Below, one piece after another: positions 40,201-49,142 of a stretch of DNA of 64,000 nucleotides. The stretch covers positions 195,695 to 259,694 of the forward strand of contig NW_019217864.1 in NCBI RefSeq assembly GCF_002571385.2, in the 5' to 3' direction. This DNA is from Stylophora pistillata. Lineage: Eukaryota. The first letter of the stretch is position 1. Every line of letters starts with the position of its first letter. Both the position numbers and the translations under genes were made by a program. The notes beneath the pieces were generated by a model. That model was not told the origin of the DNA, ran no database searches, and saw only the letters and a list, made by a program, of their open reading frames with translations.

Positions 40201-43200
40201 CCTATTACCCACAGTGGCGTGTGTTTCAGGCAAAATCAACAGATTACCCGCGGGTAAACGGCTGGAAATTACGGTACTACCTTGTAATTCGGCCTTCTCT
40301 AGCTTACCAGAATTACCCAATCTTCACCAATTTTTTTGTTCTAAAAAACATCAATTTTTTTTTTAATAGAACATAAATTTTCCCAGTACATTGGCTCAGA
40401 ACCTTACCAGTTCTTGATTGAGCTTGTGGTATTTATCAGCTTCTTCCTTGTCAGCCTTGGCCTCTCTTTTTTCAGCTGCAATTCCCTAATCAAACAGACC
40501 AATTTCCAGTACATAATTTGATTCATTGCCCAACAATAAACTAAAACACAACAACATAAATAGACACAAATCAAATTTTTAGCCCATGCTCTTCTCCAAA
40601 TACACTACCATTTCTTACTGGCTTTATTCTATTTTGCATTTCCCATATCTTACATAAACTGTTAAGAGTTTGGCCAAAACCTTTTGTTTGTTGGAAACAA
40701 AGAATGGCAGATATTAGATCTGAGCCCACGTAAGAGCAGTTTTGTTTAGAGATGCACGGAATCGAGGCACTTGGGCCAAAGGCTTTGTAAATTCTCAAAG
40801 GTATCACAGTATATTTCAAAACAACTCACATTTTACGAGGTTTTTTACTATCATCGACAATCTGAAGCATTCAAAAGGCAAAGATAGCAATGGTTAGACA
40901 TTGTATTGCATTCGTATGCAACAACCGGAGCAATTAACCACATTGCAAGCATCTTCCGTGGCATTCACTGCCACTGAACAACAAGAAACCTCAGTCCACA
41001 ATCGGGAAAACACACCCGTGAGTAAAAATTCCTTTTTATGCAGTGAACATTTTGAAGAGGAATGCTTTTCCAAGTCATGTGCTGGCCGGAAAGTAAGTCT
41101 TAAGTCAAAATTAGTTGCGACAATATTCAGTTTTTCCCAACAAAAACCAAAAAGAAGGCTCCAAAGGAAAGACGCTCGATTGATGATGACTTTCCGGCCA
41201 GCATATGGCTTGGAAAAGCATTCCTTCTCAAAATGTTCACTAGCTGCATAAAAAGGAATTTTTACTCACAGGCATGTTTTCCCATTTGATCTTGACTAGC
41301 CAAGTCCCCAGAAGTTTCTTGTTGTTCAGTGGCAGTGAATGCCAAGAAAGATGCTTGCAATGTGGTTTATCGCTCCGGTTGTTGCATCCAAATGCAATAC
41401 AATGTCTAACCATTGCTATCTTTGCCATTTGAATGCTTCAGATTGTCAATGATAGTAAAAAACCGCGTATAATGCGAGTTGTTTTGAAATATACTGTGAT
41501 ACCTTTGAGAATTTACAAAGCCTTTGGCCCAAGTGCCTTGATTCCGTGCATCTTTAACAAAACTGCTCTTACACGGGCTCAGATTAATTTTAATATCTCC
41601 CATTGTTCTTAGCTCATTCAAGAACAAATGAAAGTTGTTTTCTTTTAATTGTGTTCTGATGTGTCAATGACTGGAAAGAAATTTTGAGTTGTCTCAATTT
41701 GATTCTGAAGTGCAGGCAGATGGCATTCCACATAACTAGATCTTGTTTCCCAAGCCCATCAGCATCTCCTCAGTGAGCACTGTAAGTTATGGGTTCTTAG
41801 TTTGTTGATATAATCAGTATCATGTCTGTGAGATACTGGTCAGCAGATAGTGAGGTGTAACGCATGCGCATGTTCATGTCTAAATCAGTTGGGTATCCGC
41901 CATTAAAACATATGAGTTGTTTATTTTTATTTCTGAGTGCTCTTAACTGCCTAATGGCAGCGCTTATCAATATGGTGGCAGCAGTGAGATTTCAGTAAAG
42001 GTACTAAAGTTATTCTGGAATAAGTGTGAGCACAAGACAACCACATTTACACATGGAGACGGCTCAATTTCATTTACCGCCAAAACTCGATCTGACTGAT
42101 GGTAATCTGGCAGATGCGTTTAGGAAATGGAAATGTCAGTTGGAAGTCTCCATGGAAGCTAGTGGAACTACCAACAAGCCCAAACAGCAACAAACAGCGA
42201 TCATTTTACACTGTGCTGGCCCGCAAGTTCTCGAAGTGTACGATCATTTCCACTTTGATGAAGAAGATGATAAACACAATTCAGCGAAAGTCCTTGAAAA
42301 GCTGGAAGAGTACTGTCACCCACGACAAAATGAAGTTCTTCAAAGTTTTCGCTTCTGGAACATTCCATTCCACGAGCCTTTTAATGTGTTTCTAACCGAA
42401 CTGCATTCCCGTGCTGCTTCGTGTAACTTTAAGAAAAGGATTGAATGATCAGGGGCAAAATTGTCTTCAGTGTCTCCAGTAAGTTGCAAGAATTATTACT
42501 TCGTGAAACAAGCTTAGACTTAAAGAAAGCCATAGAAATCTGTCAAGTTTTTGAAATCACCTCAAGAAACACAAAGGAAATGAATGCAACTAGTGAAGCT
42601 CAGAAAATTGATAAAGTAGGTGTACAAAGCAGATCACTACAGAAATTTCCTAATAGATGAAACCTCAATGGGAGTATACCCCTTGTATCCTGAAAGAATG
42701 TAAATTTTGTGGCAAGTCACATGAAGCAGTAAAGACAAAATATCCAGCCTGGGGCAAAACATGCAAGTACTGCAAAGGCAGAGATCATTTTGATGTGAAA
42801 TGCAAGAAAGTTCATTTACTTAATGCTGAGAGTGACTTAACCGACTCTGATGAACAGTGGTTAGCTAATGTGGTGACTGATCAGAATAAAGGAGTAACTG
42901 CTTTGATGCACGTTAATAGCTGTGAAGTCTGATTTCAGTTAGACTCGGGTGCTGATGTGAACACAATATGCCAGAAGTTTGTAAAGAAGTCATAAGTGAA
43001 ACCCACTTCACAGAAATTGATTATGTGGAATAAATCAAAGTTAATCCCACTTGGAAAAACCACCCTAGAACTCTTGAATCCTAAGAATGCACAAGTGAGT
43101 GAGGTTGAATTTATTGTTGTTCCAAACGATTTCAGTTGTTTCTTGGGCCTGAAAACTGTGCAGGAAATGGGACTGTTCACCATTAATGATAAGTAACCTC

Positions 43201-46200
43201 TAATGACAACCTATTAGGAAATTTGGGGGAATCAAAGCTACACATTAACCCAGATATTCCACCAAGAGCACTACCCTGCCAGAAGTTACCCATTGCATTG
43301 CAAGAAGATGCGAAACAGGAGCTAGACTGACTAGTCGACATTGGAGTTCTAATACCTGTGGAGGAACCCTCAGCGTGGGTGAGTCAGATGGCTTTTGTCA
43401 AGAAAACAGATGGGTCTCTCAGGATTTGTATTGACCCACAACCTCTGAACGACGCTCTACAAAGAGAACACTATAGGCTGCCAACACTAGACGATGTGCT
43501 GCCAAACCTGAACAATGCAAGGGTATTCAGTAAACTAGATGTCAAACAAGCCTACTGGCATGTGCAATTAGACAAGGAATCCAGTCTACTAACAACCATG
43601 ATTACCCCTTTTGGTCGATACAGATGGGTCCGACTTCCTTTTGGCCTAAAAGTTAGCAGTGAAATTTTCATTTTCAAGAGGAAGCTAAATGAGGCACTCT
43701 GTGGCCTAAATGGTGTAATCTGTGTTGCAGATGACCTATTGGTGATGCGTATAGGCAACACAAGAGAAGAAGCTGATGCTGATCATGAGCAGAACCTCCA
43801 TGAGTTACAGAAAAGGTGCACAGAAAGAAACACAAGGCTAAACGATGAGAAGTCTGTCATAAAGCAAACACAGATCAAGTTCATGGGTTACCTAATAACC
43901 AATGAAGGAGTACAGGCAGACAAATCCAAAGTGGATGCCATACTCAACATGCCAGCTCCCACTGATGTACAAGGTGTGAAGAGATTCAGTTGAATGATCC
44001 AGTATTTGTCAAAGTTCCTCCCTCACTTAGCAAGTGATTTGCAACCCATAAGAGAGCTGACTAGAAAGAATGCTGAGTGGAATTGGTCTATTGAATGTGA
44101 AGAAGCATTTCAAAGACTCAAACAGAACATTACAGACACCCCTGTGCTTGCCTACTTTGACCCTGACAAGGAACTTGTCCTTCAAGTAGACAGTGGCAAA
44201 GACGGATTGGGTTCTGCCCTCCTACAAGATGGGAAGCCAATTGAGTATGCTTCGCAAGCACTAACAAGTGCTGAAAGAAATTAGGCGCAAATAGAGAAGG
44301 AGTCATTAGCAGTAGTATTTGGTTTAGAATGCTTCGACCAGTACACATATGGTAGAAAAGAAGCCCCTCAGTCAAGTTCCAAAGTGATTACAAGCGCTGA
44401 TGTTGCAACTGCATCGATATGACGTTGATTTCCACTACATAGAGGGAAACAAACTTTTTATTGCGGACACTCTCAGCAGAGCTTATCTAGATGTTCTTGA
44501 TACCCATGTCAGAGTTATGAGAGTCAACGCTCTAAAAGGAGAATCAGAGGAGAGAATCAAGGAAGTGAAAGAGGCTACTGCAGAAGACGAAAATATGCAG
44601 ACCTTGCTTGGCATCATAAAGGATGGATGGCCTAAACACAAGAATGACGTGCCCAGTGAACTAAGGCCATACTTTGACGTGAGAGACACTCAGCCATCAA
44701 GATGGAATTATTCTGAAAGGCGAAAGAAAAGTAATCTCAAAGTCTCTGAGAAACATCATGAAGAAAACGCTACATGCTGCACACCTTGGTTATGACAGCA
44801 TGATGAGACAAGCCCGTGATATCGGATTTTGGCATGCAATGTCAACAGAGATACGTCAATTAGCCGAAAACTGTGAAGCCTGTCAGATACATAAACCACG
44901 GAAGAAGAAAGAGACATTCAAACAACATGAAGAAGGAGAAACAGCATGGAGCAAAATTGGTGTCAATTTGTTCAAGATCAAGGAAATAAATTATCTAGTC
45001 ACCGTTGACTGTTACTTGAACTTTATAGAAGTTGACTACCTGCCCACCACCACGACTGAACAAGTCATTACCAAGCCAAAGGAACATTTTGCAAGATATG
45101 GAACACTAATACAGATGGTGACTGACTCTGGCTCACAATTCCTCTCAAGAGAATTCAAGAATTTCACAAGAAACTGGGGCATTGGCCATGTAATATCATC
45201 GCCACATCACCACAAATCTAATGGAAAAGTGGAAGATGCGGTAAAGATTGCCAAAACGATGATGTGTAAAACGCTCTTGAATGGGACCAATCAACATGAA
45301 GCCCTACTTGAACTGAGGAACACACCTCACCAAGATACTGAAGCCAGCCCTACTGAAATGATGTTTGGTGGAAACACACTATCAATGCTACCATCCTCAA
45401 GAACTATGAGAATCAGAAGTAAGAAAGAAGTAATGCTGAGAAGAGCCAAGCACCGCTTTGCCGTCAAGCATAGCTACGACAAAGATGCTCGAGACCTGAA
45501 GCAACTCACTTCTAGGCAACCAGTGTACTACCACCACACAGAAGGAAAGAAGTGCGACTAGAGAAAAGGTACAGTATGCTCTGAGCACAGCGACCAATCC
45601 TCCTACAGAGTGCATTTATGTCCCACGACATTGAACACTCCATCAGAAAACACCCCAACAACTGTTGTGGAGAACAATATGCACAGTCTACCAACAAACA
45701 CTGACAAGAGGACTGAGTCCCAAGATACCACTAAAGCAGACACTGCTCAAGCAAACTTTCAGACAAGACGGCAGCGGATCAGGAAAGAACCACACTGGTT
45801 CAAAGACTAGTTCGTTGCTCATGTATATATTCTTTTTTGTTTGTCGGAGTTGTGACATTTGTTAGAACTCATTCACTATGAGGAACTCATCATTTTAGAC
45901 CTGTTATCGTTGTTTTCTTTTCTTTTCTTTTTTCTTTGAAATTTCCTTTGAGAAAGAAAGATGTTGACGTAAACAGTATCATGTCCGTGAGATACTGGTC
46001 AGCAGATAGTGAGGCACAACGCATGCGCATGTTCATGTAATCAGTTGGGTATCCACAATTAAAACATATGAGTTATTTATTTTTTTCATTTCTGAGTGCT
46101 CTTCACTGCCTAACAGCAGCACTTATCAACATAGTTTCCTTCTTTGATGTATGGTTCACACACTTCGTGGTTCTGATTGCCTTAAATCAATTAAGGATGA

Positions 46201-49023
46201 AGCTCCATCTACAGAAGAATATTTTTCATAACAGGGACATGCTTTCAAGTAAACTGCACAAACAATGTGCAAAGTGAAAGGATTATTTTTAATAAATAGA
46301 CAAACACTAACTTGATTTCCATCTTCAAAAATGTTGTACATGCCCAACAAAGCAAATGTTTTCAATTTTTGCTATAAAGATTGACCTGAACACAACTGAG
46401 AGCTTGGACTGGATTATTTTCTCTTCTCTTTGAAAGTGATTAAGATGTCCCCAATTTACAGGAAGACAGTCTGATTATGTGCCAACTTTTGAATGATAAT
46501 AAAAACAAACAAAAGGCTCTTCAGACAAAACAAAGGGCACATTTATAGAATTTTTAAGGTGCCCAAAAATCAGCAAGCAGTTTGTTCCGGTTGAAAACAA
46601 CATCTTCCACAATATTATTAATTGTGAAAGCTACAAAATTTCATACCTTGTTTTTATGGTAATTGAAACTTGTCTCCTCCTCAGCCTTCTGCATGTCTAC
46701 TTTCTTTTTGTCATAATCATCTGCAAGCTCCCCTGATCTAAAGTTTAGCAAATAATGCAGAAGCAAGATGGAGTCAAGCTATATATGACGTCCTAGATGA
46801 TGTCCTGTGTGAAAGTGTGACCCTGTACTTACTGTAGTATGAAAATTTGAAATGATACTCTGAAAGTGCCACAAATGTGGCGTCTAACAGCTAACAGAGA
46901 GAAATGCAATAAATACAGTCACTTTCTCCCACTCTACCTGCTGATTTTTTCAAACATCTGAGTTCTTTCTTTTGGAGTTTTCATGGCAATTGATTCAACA
47001 GTCCCCTATGATAATGAGGAATGATAATTGGATTTAGTCATCACTATTAATCCAAAGAGTTGTCTCCCATTCTGTGATTTAGTGAAAAGTGAAAAGAGAA
47101 AAGAAAAAACACTCAGCATAGGAGAGGAAAGTATTAAATTTTACCTGAAACACAAGAAAATTCTTGGCTTTCACCAATATTCCCAAACTTTCCAATTTTG
47201 AAGTGTACTGCTGTGGGGTGACAACTTTGTTATCAATTCTGTACTCAGTGCCACTACCAACAATCCTTGTAAGAAGAAACTCAGTTATATGATTTACAAA
47301 CATAAAAATGAAAACTAATACATTTATGGTTTAAAAAATTGTTTAAGGCTTTGAGGATCTTCATGATCTCAAAATCAATAAAAGGAAGTGGTTCACTAAA
47401 ATTTTTATAAAATCAGAGACAGGAAATGGGTGAAATTCAGTACCACCATTTTGATGTTTCATGCAGTAGTGTTCATATTATCAAACAAAATTGTATGGGG
47501 GCCTACTAGATTCCTATTTGTTTCTCACCTTTATTTTCCTGATAGGTAAGTAGAGATCTGAATCTATGAATGTACTCTTTCTAATAACAATTCTGTAAAA
47601 GGGTCCATTATTGGGGGTTGAACCAAAGTTATCAACCTAAGTTCACACAATCACAATCACTGACCAGAAGACTCTAAGTTTTCCTTTGTTAAGAAAATAT
47701 GAGAGGTGTACATACTGAATCCATGGGTGTATACATTAAGTTTTACAGCACCTGCACACCAAGCAAGTGTAATTTTTGCAAATGTCATGCAGTTCGAGTG
47801 CATAAGGGAATGTGTATGCAATTATAACATGATATGCATACAAACTCCCAATTGCCTTGAGAGTTTGTCTTTCACTCAACTTCTTTCAGGAAAGTCCCAT
47901 TGTTGTAAAGTTAAGCATAGCATGAGAAAGCGTGACAAACAATTCTAGTATAAGGTTTAATTACATTAAATTACAGCCGGAAATAATGATTTATGTGTAA
48001 CCCTTTGTTGTTAGAGTATCCATGAAAATATTCCTACTATGTGTCGCATGGAATATGGAAACTTGTTCGTGCTTTCCGTCTAAAAACATGTAGGAACACT
48101 AGTTCAGCAGGATTTACGTAAGTGTTCTTCCATATCTCTGAAATTGTGGATATGCGATAATTAAGTTGTTTATGCCAAGGGAAGAAACTTGTATTATCTT
48201 CTGTATTTTGTATCACACATGACTTAGCTACCATTATGTGTACAAGAACCTTGATTCAAGCAATAAAGAAGATTCAGCTGATTGTAAAGCAGTTGAGTGT
48301 CCTCCAACCAGTCTGTGGTGAGCTCACAGTAAACCCAATGTTTGCCTAAGCATTGAAACAGCTCAACACTAAACGACCCTCAGCCGAAATTATACTACAC
48401 CAAGAAATTTAATTAGCAATAAAATATAATTTTCTTCTAATCAATAGTCTGCCTTTTGGTTGATTAATAAGAAGCCTGTTCCTGTGATACCAGGTCATGT
48501 AACTGAAAAACACTTTCAAAACCAAATATTTTGTGTTCTCCCTATTTCAAATCTAGCAAACAAATATCAGAGCAAATTTTGGTCACACACTCTGCAAAAA
48601 ATTCTAAGAGTAATCCTTTTTTGTTGTCGCAGTCATGATCAATTTACCACTTGTAATGGTTAGAATCTGTGTTTTTATCTCTTTATATTCAAAATTTCAC
48701 ATTTGGAGCTACACTGCTCTTACTAAGACCTTATGAAAAATTAAGAATCCGCTCCCTTTGGATTCAAAGATCAAGCCTGTGTAATGCTGCAATACACTAC
48801 ACACAGAACTGCAAAAAAACCCATTTTGATGTCTACAAAGTCAGTGTAGAAAAACAGACCACAAAAGGAGACTATTTGATAAACTATCTATAGGGTTTCC
48901 AAAAGCATTTATAACATACTTTCTGGTAAAGTTTATCTCCGTGCCATCTTCCTCTGCATAAACAGCGGTAACCATTGCTGTACTGGCTACAGCTTTACCA
49001 ATAGGAGCTCCATGGATAAGATC
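1186..49023 (-). CDS. SMC1: Structural maintenance of chromosomes protein 1 (cohesin SMC1), partial multi-exon gene with 35 exons in the window
   Basis: Exons join in frame through GT-AG introns with consistent phases. Peptides match SMC1: [28 protein letters not shown], hinge [10 protein letters not shown] and [72 protein letters not shown]. Start and stop exons not found in the window. Confidence 0.97.
1591..1640 (-). CDS. SMC1: SMC1 exon
   Basis: [16 protein letters not shown]; AG/GT. Confidence 0.95.
1804..1857 (-). CDS. SMC1: SMC1 exon
   Basis: [18 protein letters not shown]; AG/GT. Confidence 0.95.
2064..2124 (-). CDS. SMC1: SMC1 exon
   Basis: [20 protein letters not shown]; AG/GT. 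Confidence 0.95.
2287..2458. mobile_element. Small MITE with hAT-like CAGGG termini
   Basis: TIRs cagggcttgacactaac / gttagagtcgagccct; TSD not clean. Confidence 0.65.
2732..2839 (-). CDS. SMC1: SMC1 exon
   Basis: [35 protein letters not shown]; AG/GT. Confidence 0.95.
3091..3203 (-). CDS. SMC1: SMC1 exon
   Basis: [37 protein letters not shown]; AG/GT. Confidence 0.95.
3282..3356 (-). CDS. SMC1: SMC1 exon
   Basis: [25 protein letters not shown]; AG/GT. Confidence 0.92.
3659..3799 (-). CDS. SMC1: SMC1 exon (S/TQ-containing loop)
   Basis: [47 protein letters not shown]; AG/GT. Confidence 0.9.
4039..4095 (-). CDS. SMC1: SMC1 exon
   Basis: [19 protein letters not shown]; AG/GT. Confidence 0.94.
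4271..4354 (-). CDS. SMC1: SMC1 exon
   Basis: [28 protein letters not shown]; TAG/GTAAAT. Confidence 0.88.
6059..7822. mobile_element. Fold-back element with ~580 bp terminal inverted repeats and TAG...CTA ends (Academ-like)
   Basis: 6059-~6640 is the reverse complement of ~7240-7822 (tagcaactaaatacaggaatggctcc / ggagccattcctgtatttagtcgcta); flanks gtttgaattcgat and gtttgaatccat resemble an imperfect long TSD. Confidence 0.8.
6761..6879. repeat. Palindromic repeat (hairpin element)
   Basis: cttattgactgagt ... actcagtcaataag; apex accgagcgcagtgaggt. Confidence 0.7.
8355..8432 (-). CDS. SMC1: SMC1 exon
   Basis: [26 protein letters not shown]; AG/GT. Confidence 0.9.
8551..9434. mobile_element. 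Tc1/mariner-pogo-like non-autonomous element with TA TSD and HIRAN-like coding remnant
   Basis: TA|tagtccgacctctattaagc ... gcttaatagaggtcggactg|TA; repeated ggccgcttaatagagg motifs; + frame 8798-8998 [46 protein letters not shown]. Confidence 0.85.
9442..9527 (-). CDS. SMC1: SMC1 exon
   Basis: [28 protein letters not shown]; AG/GT. Confidence 0.9.
10148..10340 (+). repeat. 5' LTR of Gypsy element 1
   Basis: tgtaacaaggacacac...gcttgctaca, repeated at 14552-14945. Confidence 0.93.
14552..14945 (+). repeat. 3' LTR of Gypsy element 1, interrupted by a ~200 bp insert
   Basis: Matches the 5' LTR on both sides of 14585-14788. Confidence 0.92.
14644..14716 (+). pseudogene. tRNA-Thr(AGT)-like pseudo-tRNA inside a repeat insert (14585-14788)
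   Basis: Acceptor stem GGCTTGT/ACAGGCC, A box TAGCTCAATTGG, loop CTAGTAT, B box GGTTCGAATCC; T stem has two mismatches and anticodon stem one; present in only one of the two LTRs. Confidence 0.75.
15555..15585 (-). CDS. SMC1: SMC1 micro-exon (31 nt)
   Basis: [10 protein letters not shown]+G; CAG/GTATGG; supplies the phase-1 junction needed by exon 9442-9527. Confidence 0.85.
16049..16139 (-). CDS. SMC1: SMC1 exon
   Basis: [30 protein letters not shown]; AG/GT. Confidence 0.9.
16967..17010 (-). CDS. SMC1: SMC1 exon
   Basis: [14 protein letters not shown] (compare VFEEFCREIGVRNI); AG/GT. Confidence 0.9.
17312..17401 (-). CDS. SMC1: SMC1 exon
   Basis: [30 protein letters not shown]; GTAAGT donor. 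Confidence 0.9.
17563..17631 (-). CDS. SMC1: SMC1 exon
   Basis: [23 protein letters not shown]; AG/GT, phase 0-0. Confidence 0.85.
17730..17956. repeat. Decayed short interspersed element ending GGGTTAA (piggyBac-like MITE)
   Basis: Right end gagtaaagggttaa, eroded left end ttttgactcc; no clean TSD. Confidence 0.4.
18525..18720 (-). CDS. SMC1: SMC1 exon
   Basis: [13 protein letters not shown]...[13 protein letters not shown]; GTGAGT donor. Confidence 0.95.
19999..20150 (-). CDS. SMC1: SMC1 exon (hinge glycine motif)
   Basis: [50 protein letters not shown]; phase requires the donor GTATGG at 19998. Confidence 0.93.
20473..20604 (-). CDS. SMC1: SMC1 exon (hinge)
   Basis: [44 protein letters not shown]; AG/GT. 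Confidence 0.95.
20720..21372 (+). mobile_element. Penelope-like retroelement 3' fragment (GIY-YIG) with hammerhead-bearing 3' region
   Basis: [10 protein letters not shown]...[29 protein letters not shown]...[22 protein letters not shown] with internal stops; ORF stop at 21207-21209; boundaries approximate. Confidence 0.88.
21273..21315 (+). ncRNA. Minimal type I hammerhead ribozyme, U3:A8 core variant
   Basis: Stem I uugac/gucga; core UUGAUAA; extra U; stem II gacguua-ugu-uaacauc (one mismatch); GAAAC-GUC cleavage triplet; located in the 3' region of a Penelope-like element. Confidence 0.7.
21637..21739 (-). CDS. SMC1: SMC1 exon, second copy of 25187-25289
   Basis: Same sequence at offset -3550 except one synonymous Leu change (21712 vs 25262). 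Confidence 0.85.
22042..22233 (-). CDS. SMC1: SMC1 exon, second copy of 25592-25783
   Basis: Same sequence at offset -3550. Confidence 0.85.
22666..22728 (-). CDS. SMC1: SMC1 exon, second copy of 26216-26278
   Basis: Same sequence at offset -3550. Confidence 0.8.
23470..24125. repeat. Tandem ~46-bp repeat array (copy of transposon left subterminal array)
   Basis: Unit approx. gtaataacgtaatggccgaaccttttttcgcaagaaagcgaaggtatcagcc. Confidence 0.9.
25187..25289 (-). CDS. SMC1: SMC1 exon, hinge (duplicated; other copy 21637-21739)
   Basis: [34 protein letters not shown]; AG/GT. Confidence 0.9.
25592..25783 (-). CDS. SMC1: SMC1 exon, hinge start (duplicated; other copy 22042-22233)
   Basis: [11 protein letters not shown]...[21 protein letters not shown]; AG/GT. 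Confidence 0.9.
26216..26278 (-). CDS. SMC1: SMC1 exon (duplicated; other copy 22666-22728)
   Basis: [20 protein letters not shown]; AG/GT, phase 2-2. Confidence 0.85.
27020..27675. repeat. Tandem ~46-bp repeat array, left subterminal region of element 26910-32610
   Basis: Same unit as 23470-24125; roughly 13 degenerate units without unique spacers. Confidence 0.9.
28554..29345 (-). mobile_element. 5'-truncated LINE (CR1/L2-type) 3' end with (ATGT)n tail
   Basis: Minus-strand [46 protein letters not shown]; tail tacatacatacatac at 28554-28577. Confidence 0.75.
30305..30598 (+). pseudogene. Transposase C-terminal fragment (KDZ/Kyakuja-like); second copy at 28295-28479
   Basis: VIDKLHI(R/Q)N(H/R)KDKKCKTHY(N/K)[21 protein letters not shown]: DxxH..H...C and N...EQ..W pattern. 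Confidence 0.6.
31162..31980. mobile_element. MITE with ~40 bp TIRs (Harbinger/ISL2EU-like), 3-bp ATT flanks
   Basis: agggagtttaagcaaatcactacggctggcactgctacggcta / tagccgtagcagcgccagccgcagtgatttgcttaaactccct. Confidence 0.85.
33004..33048 (-). CDS. SMC1: SMC1 exon
   Basis: [14 protein letters not shown] (compare RIEKLEEYI in vertebrate SMC1A); AG/GT. Confidence 0.9.
33567..33664 (-). CDS. SMC1: SMC1 exon
   Basis: [32 protein letters not shown]; AG/GT. Confidence 0.88.
33834..33905 (-). CDS. SMC1: SMC1 exon
   Basis: [24 protein letters not shown]; AG/GT. Confidence 0.9.
34811..34921 (-). CDS. SMC1: SMC1 exon
   Basis: [37 protein letters not shown]; AG/GT. Confidence 0.9.
35262..35390. mobile_element. 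Small hairpin MITE
   Basis: ~50 bp TIRs tgttgtagttcaattttatcc / ggataaaattgaactacaaca. Confidence 0.8.
35471..35519 (-). CDS. SMC1: SMC1 exon
   Basis: [16 protein letters not shown]; phase 2 in, phase 0 out; GTAAGT donor. Confidence 0.88.
35612..35881. mobile_element. Decayed MITE
   Basis: Ends agcaattttcaattaagtgtc / acactcgattgaaaagcactct are imperfect inverted repeats. Confidence 0.55.
36312..36397 (-). CDS. SMC1: SMC1 exon
   Basis: [28 protein letters not shown]; AG/GT. Confidence 0.93.
36849..37061 (-). CDS. SMC1: SMC1 exon
   Basis: [17 protein letters not shown]...EKKITSK; AG/GT, 71 codons. Confidence 0.93.
37666..37957 (-). mobile_element. tRNA-derived SINE with 18-bp TSD
   Basis: Minus-strand head gaggcgctgTGGCTTCATGGttgg...GGTTTGAGCCC (A and B boxes); TSD cacatgacactttcatta at 37648-37665 and 37958-37975. 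Confidence 0.9.
38499..38661. repeat. Long palindrome (~80 bp arms), with tail to ~38885
   Basis: gtaaaattaaggattaatatcac...gaaattgcccgagtcgc-tgt-gcgactcgggcaatttc...gtgatattaatccttaattttac. Confidence 0.85.
38918..39429. mobile_element. MITE with 28-bp TIRs, GG termini and 8-bp TSD (Merlin-like), internal GTCGGCCGAC/GTCGAC repeats
   Basis: TSD tgggtcac at 38910-38917 and 39430-39437; ggatcaattttactataggtagtgtcgg / ccgacattacttatagtaacattgatcc. Confidence 0.88.
39639..40274. mobile_element. pogo/Tigger-like MITE with TA TSD; same family as 55564-57652
   Basis: TA|caataattttcaaccgtttactcgcg ... gcgggtaaacggctggaaattacgg|TA; interior collinear with 55564-55702 plus 57357-57652. Confidence 0.85.
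40408..40485 (-). CDS. SMC1: SMC1 exon
   Basis: [26 protein letters not shown]; AG/GT. Confidence 0.93.
40702..41605. mobile_element. Fold-back element whose ~390 bp inverted arms each carry a THAP zinc-finger 5' end
   Basis: 40702-~41094 is the reverse complement of ~41189-41605. ATG at 40890 (+) and 41413 (-): [14 protein letters not shown]...SWHSLP...W...FLCSEHF; the left arm continues to LVATIF. Confidence 0.88.
41804..41972 (+). repeat. 5' LTR of Gypsy element 2
   Basis: tgttgatataatcagtatc...cttatcaata. Confidence 0.9.
45962..46131 (+). repeat. 3' LTR of Gypsy element 2
   Basis: tgttgacgtaaacagtatc...cttatcaaca. Confidence 0.9.
46647..46737 (-). CDS. SMC1: SMC1 exon
   Basis: [30 protein letters not shown]; AG/GT. 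Confidence 0.94.
46938..47005 (-). CDS. SMC1: SMC1 exon
   Basis: [22 protein letters not shown]; AG/GT. Confidence 0.94.
47145..47265 (-). CDS. SMC1: SMC1 exon (Q-loop)
   Basis: [40 protein letters not shown]; AG/GT, phases match neighbours. Confidence 0.95.
48920..49023 (-). CDS. SMC1: SMC1 exon (first in window)
   Basis: CAG acceptor, GTATGT donor; [34 protein letters not shown]; ends phase 2. Confidence 0.93.
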
Positions 49024-49068
49024 CTGCATTGGATATCCAAAAAAAATTAGAATAATCATTCATCAATA

Positions 49069-49142
49069 CAACCCTGTTCCTTGAGTCTCTCTTCTTTCTG
49101 CCCCTTGAGACAGGAACAAAAGAGACCCTAGGAACCAGATTG
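49069..49142. repeat. Tiny inverted-repeat element
   Basis: caaccctgttccttgagtctct / agagaccctaggaaccagattg. Confidence 0.5.

Larger units (their letters stand above)
41804..46131 (+). mobile_element. Ty3/Gypsy LTR retrotransposon 2, full length but degenerate
   Basis: LTRs 41804-41972 and 45962-46131; flanks tagttt on both sides; PBS tggtggcagcagtg (tRNA-Leu-like); PPT gagaaagaaaga; gag zinc knuckle, protease [24 protein letters not shown] and VADD, RNase H, integrase TDSGSQF and [10 protein letters not shown]. Confidence 0.96.

Noticed and set aside
40890-41428. Host THAP-domain gene
   Set aside because: Both copies are disrupted and truncated and sit in the arms of an inverted repeat.
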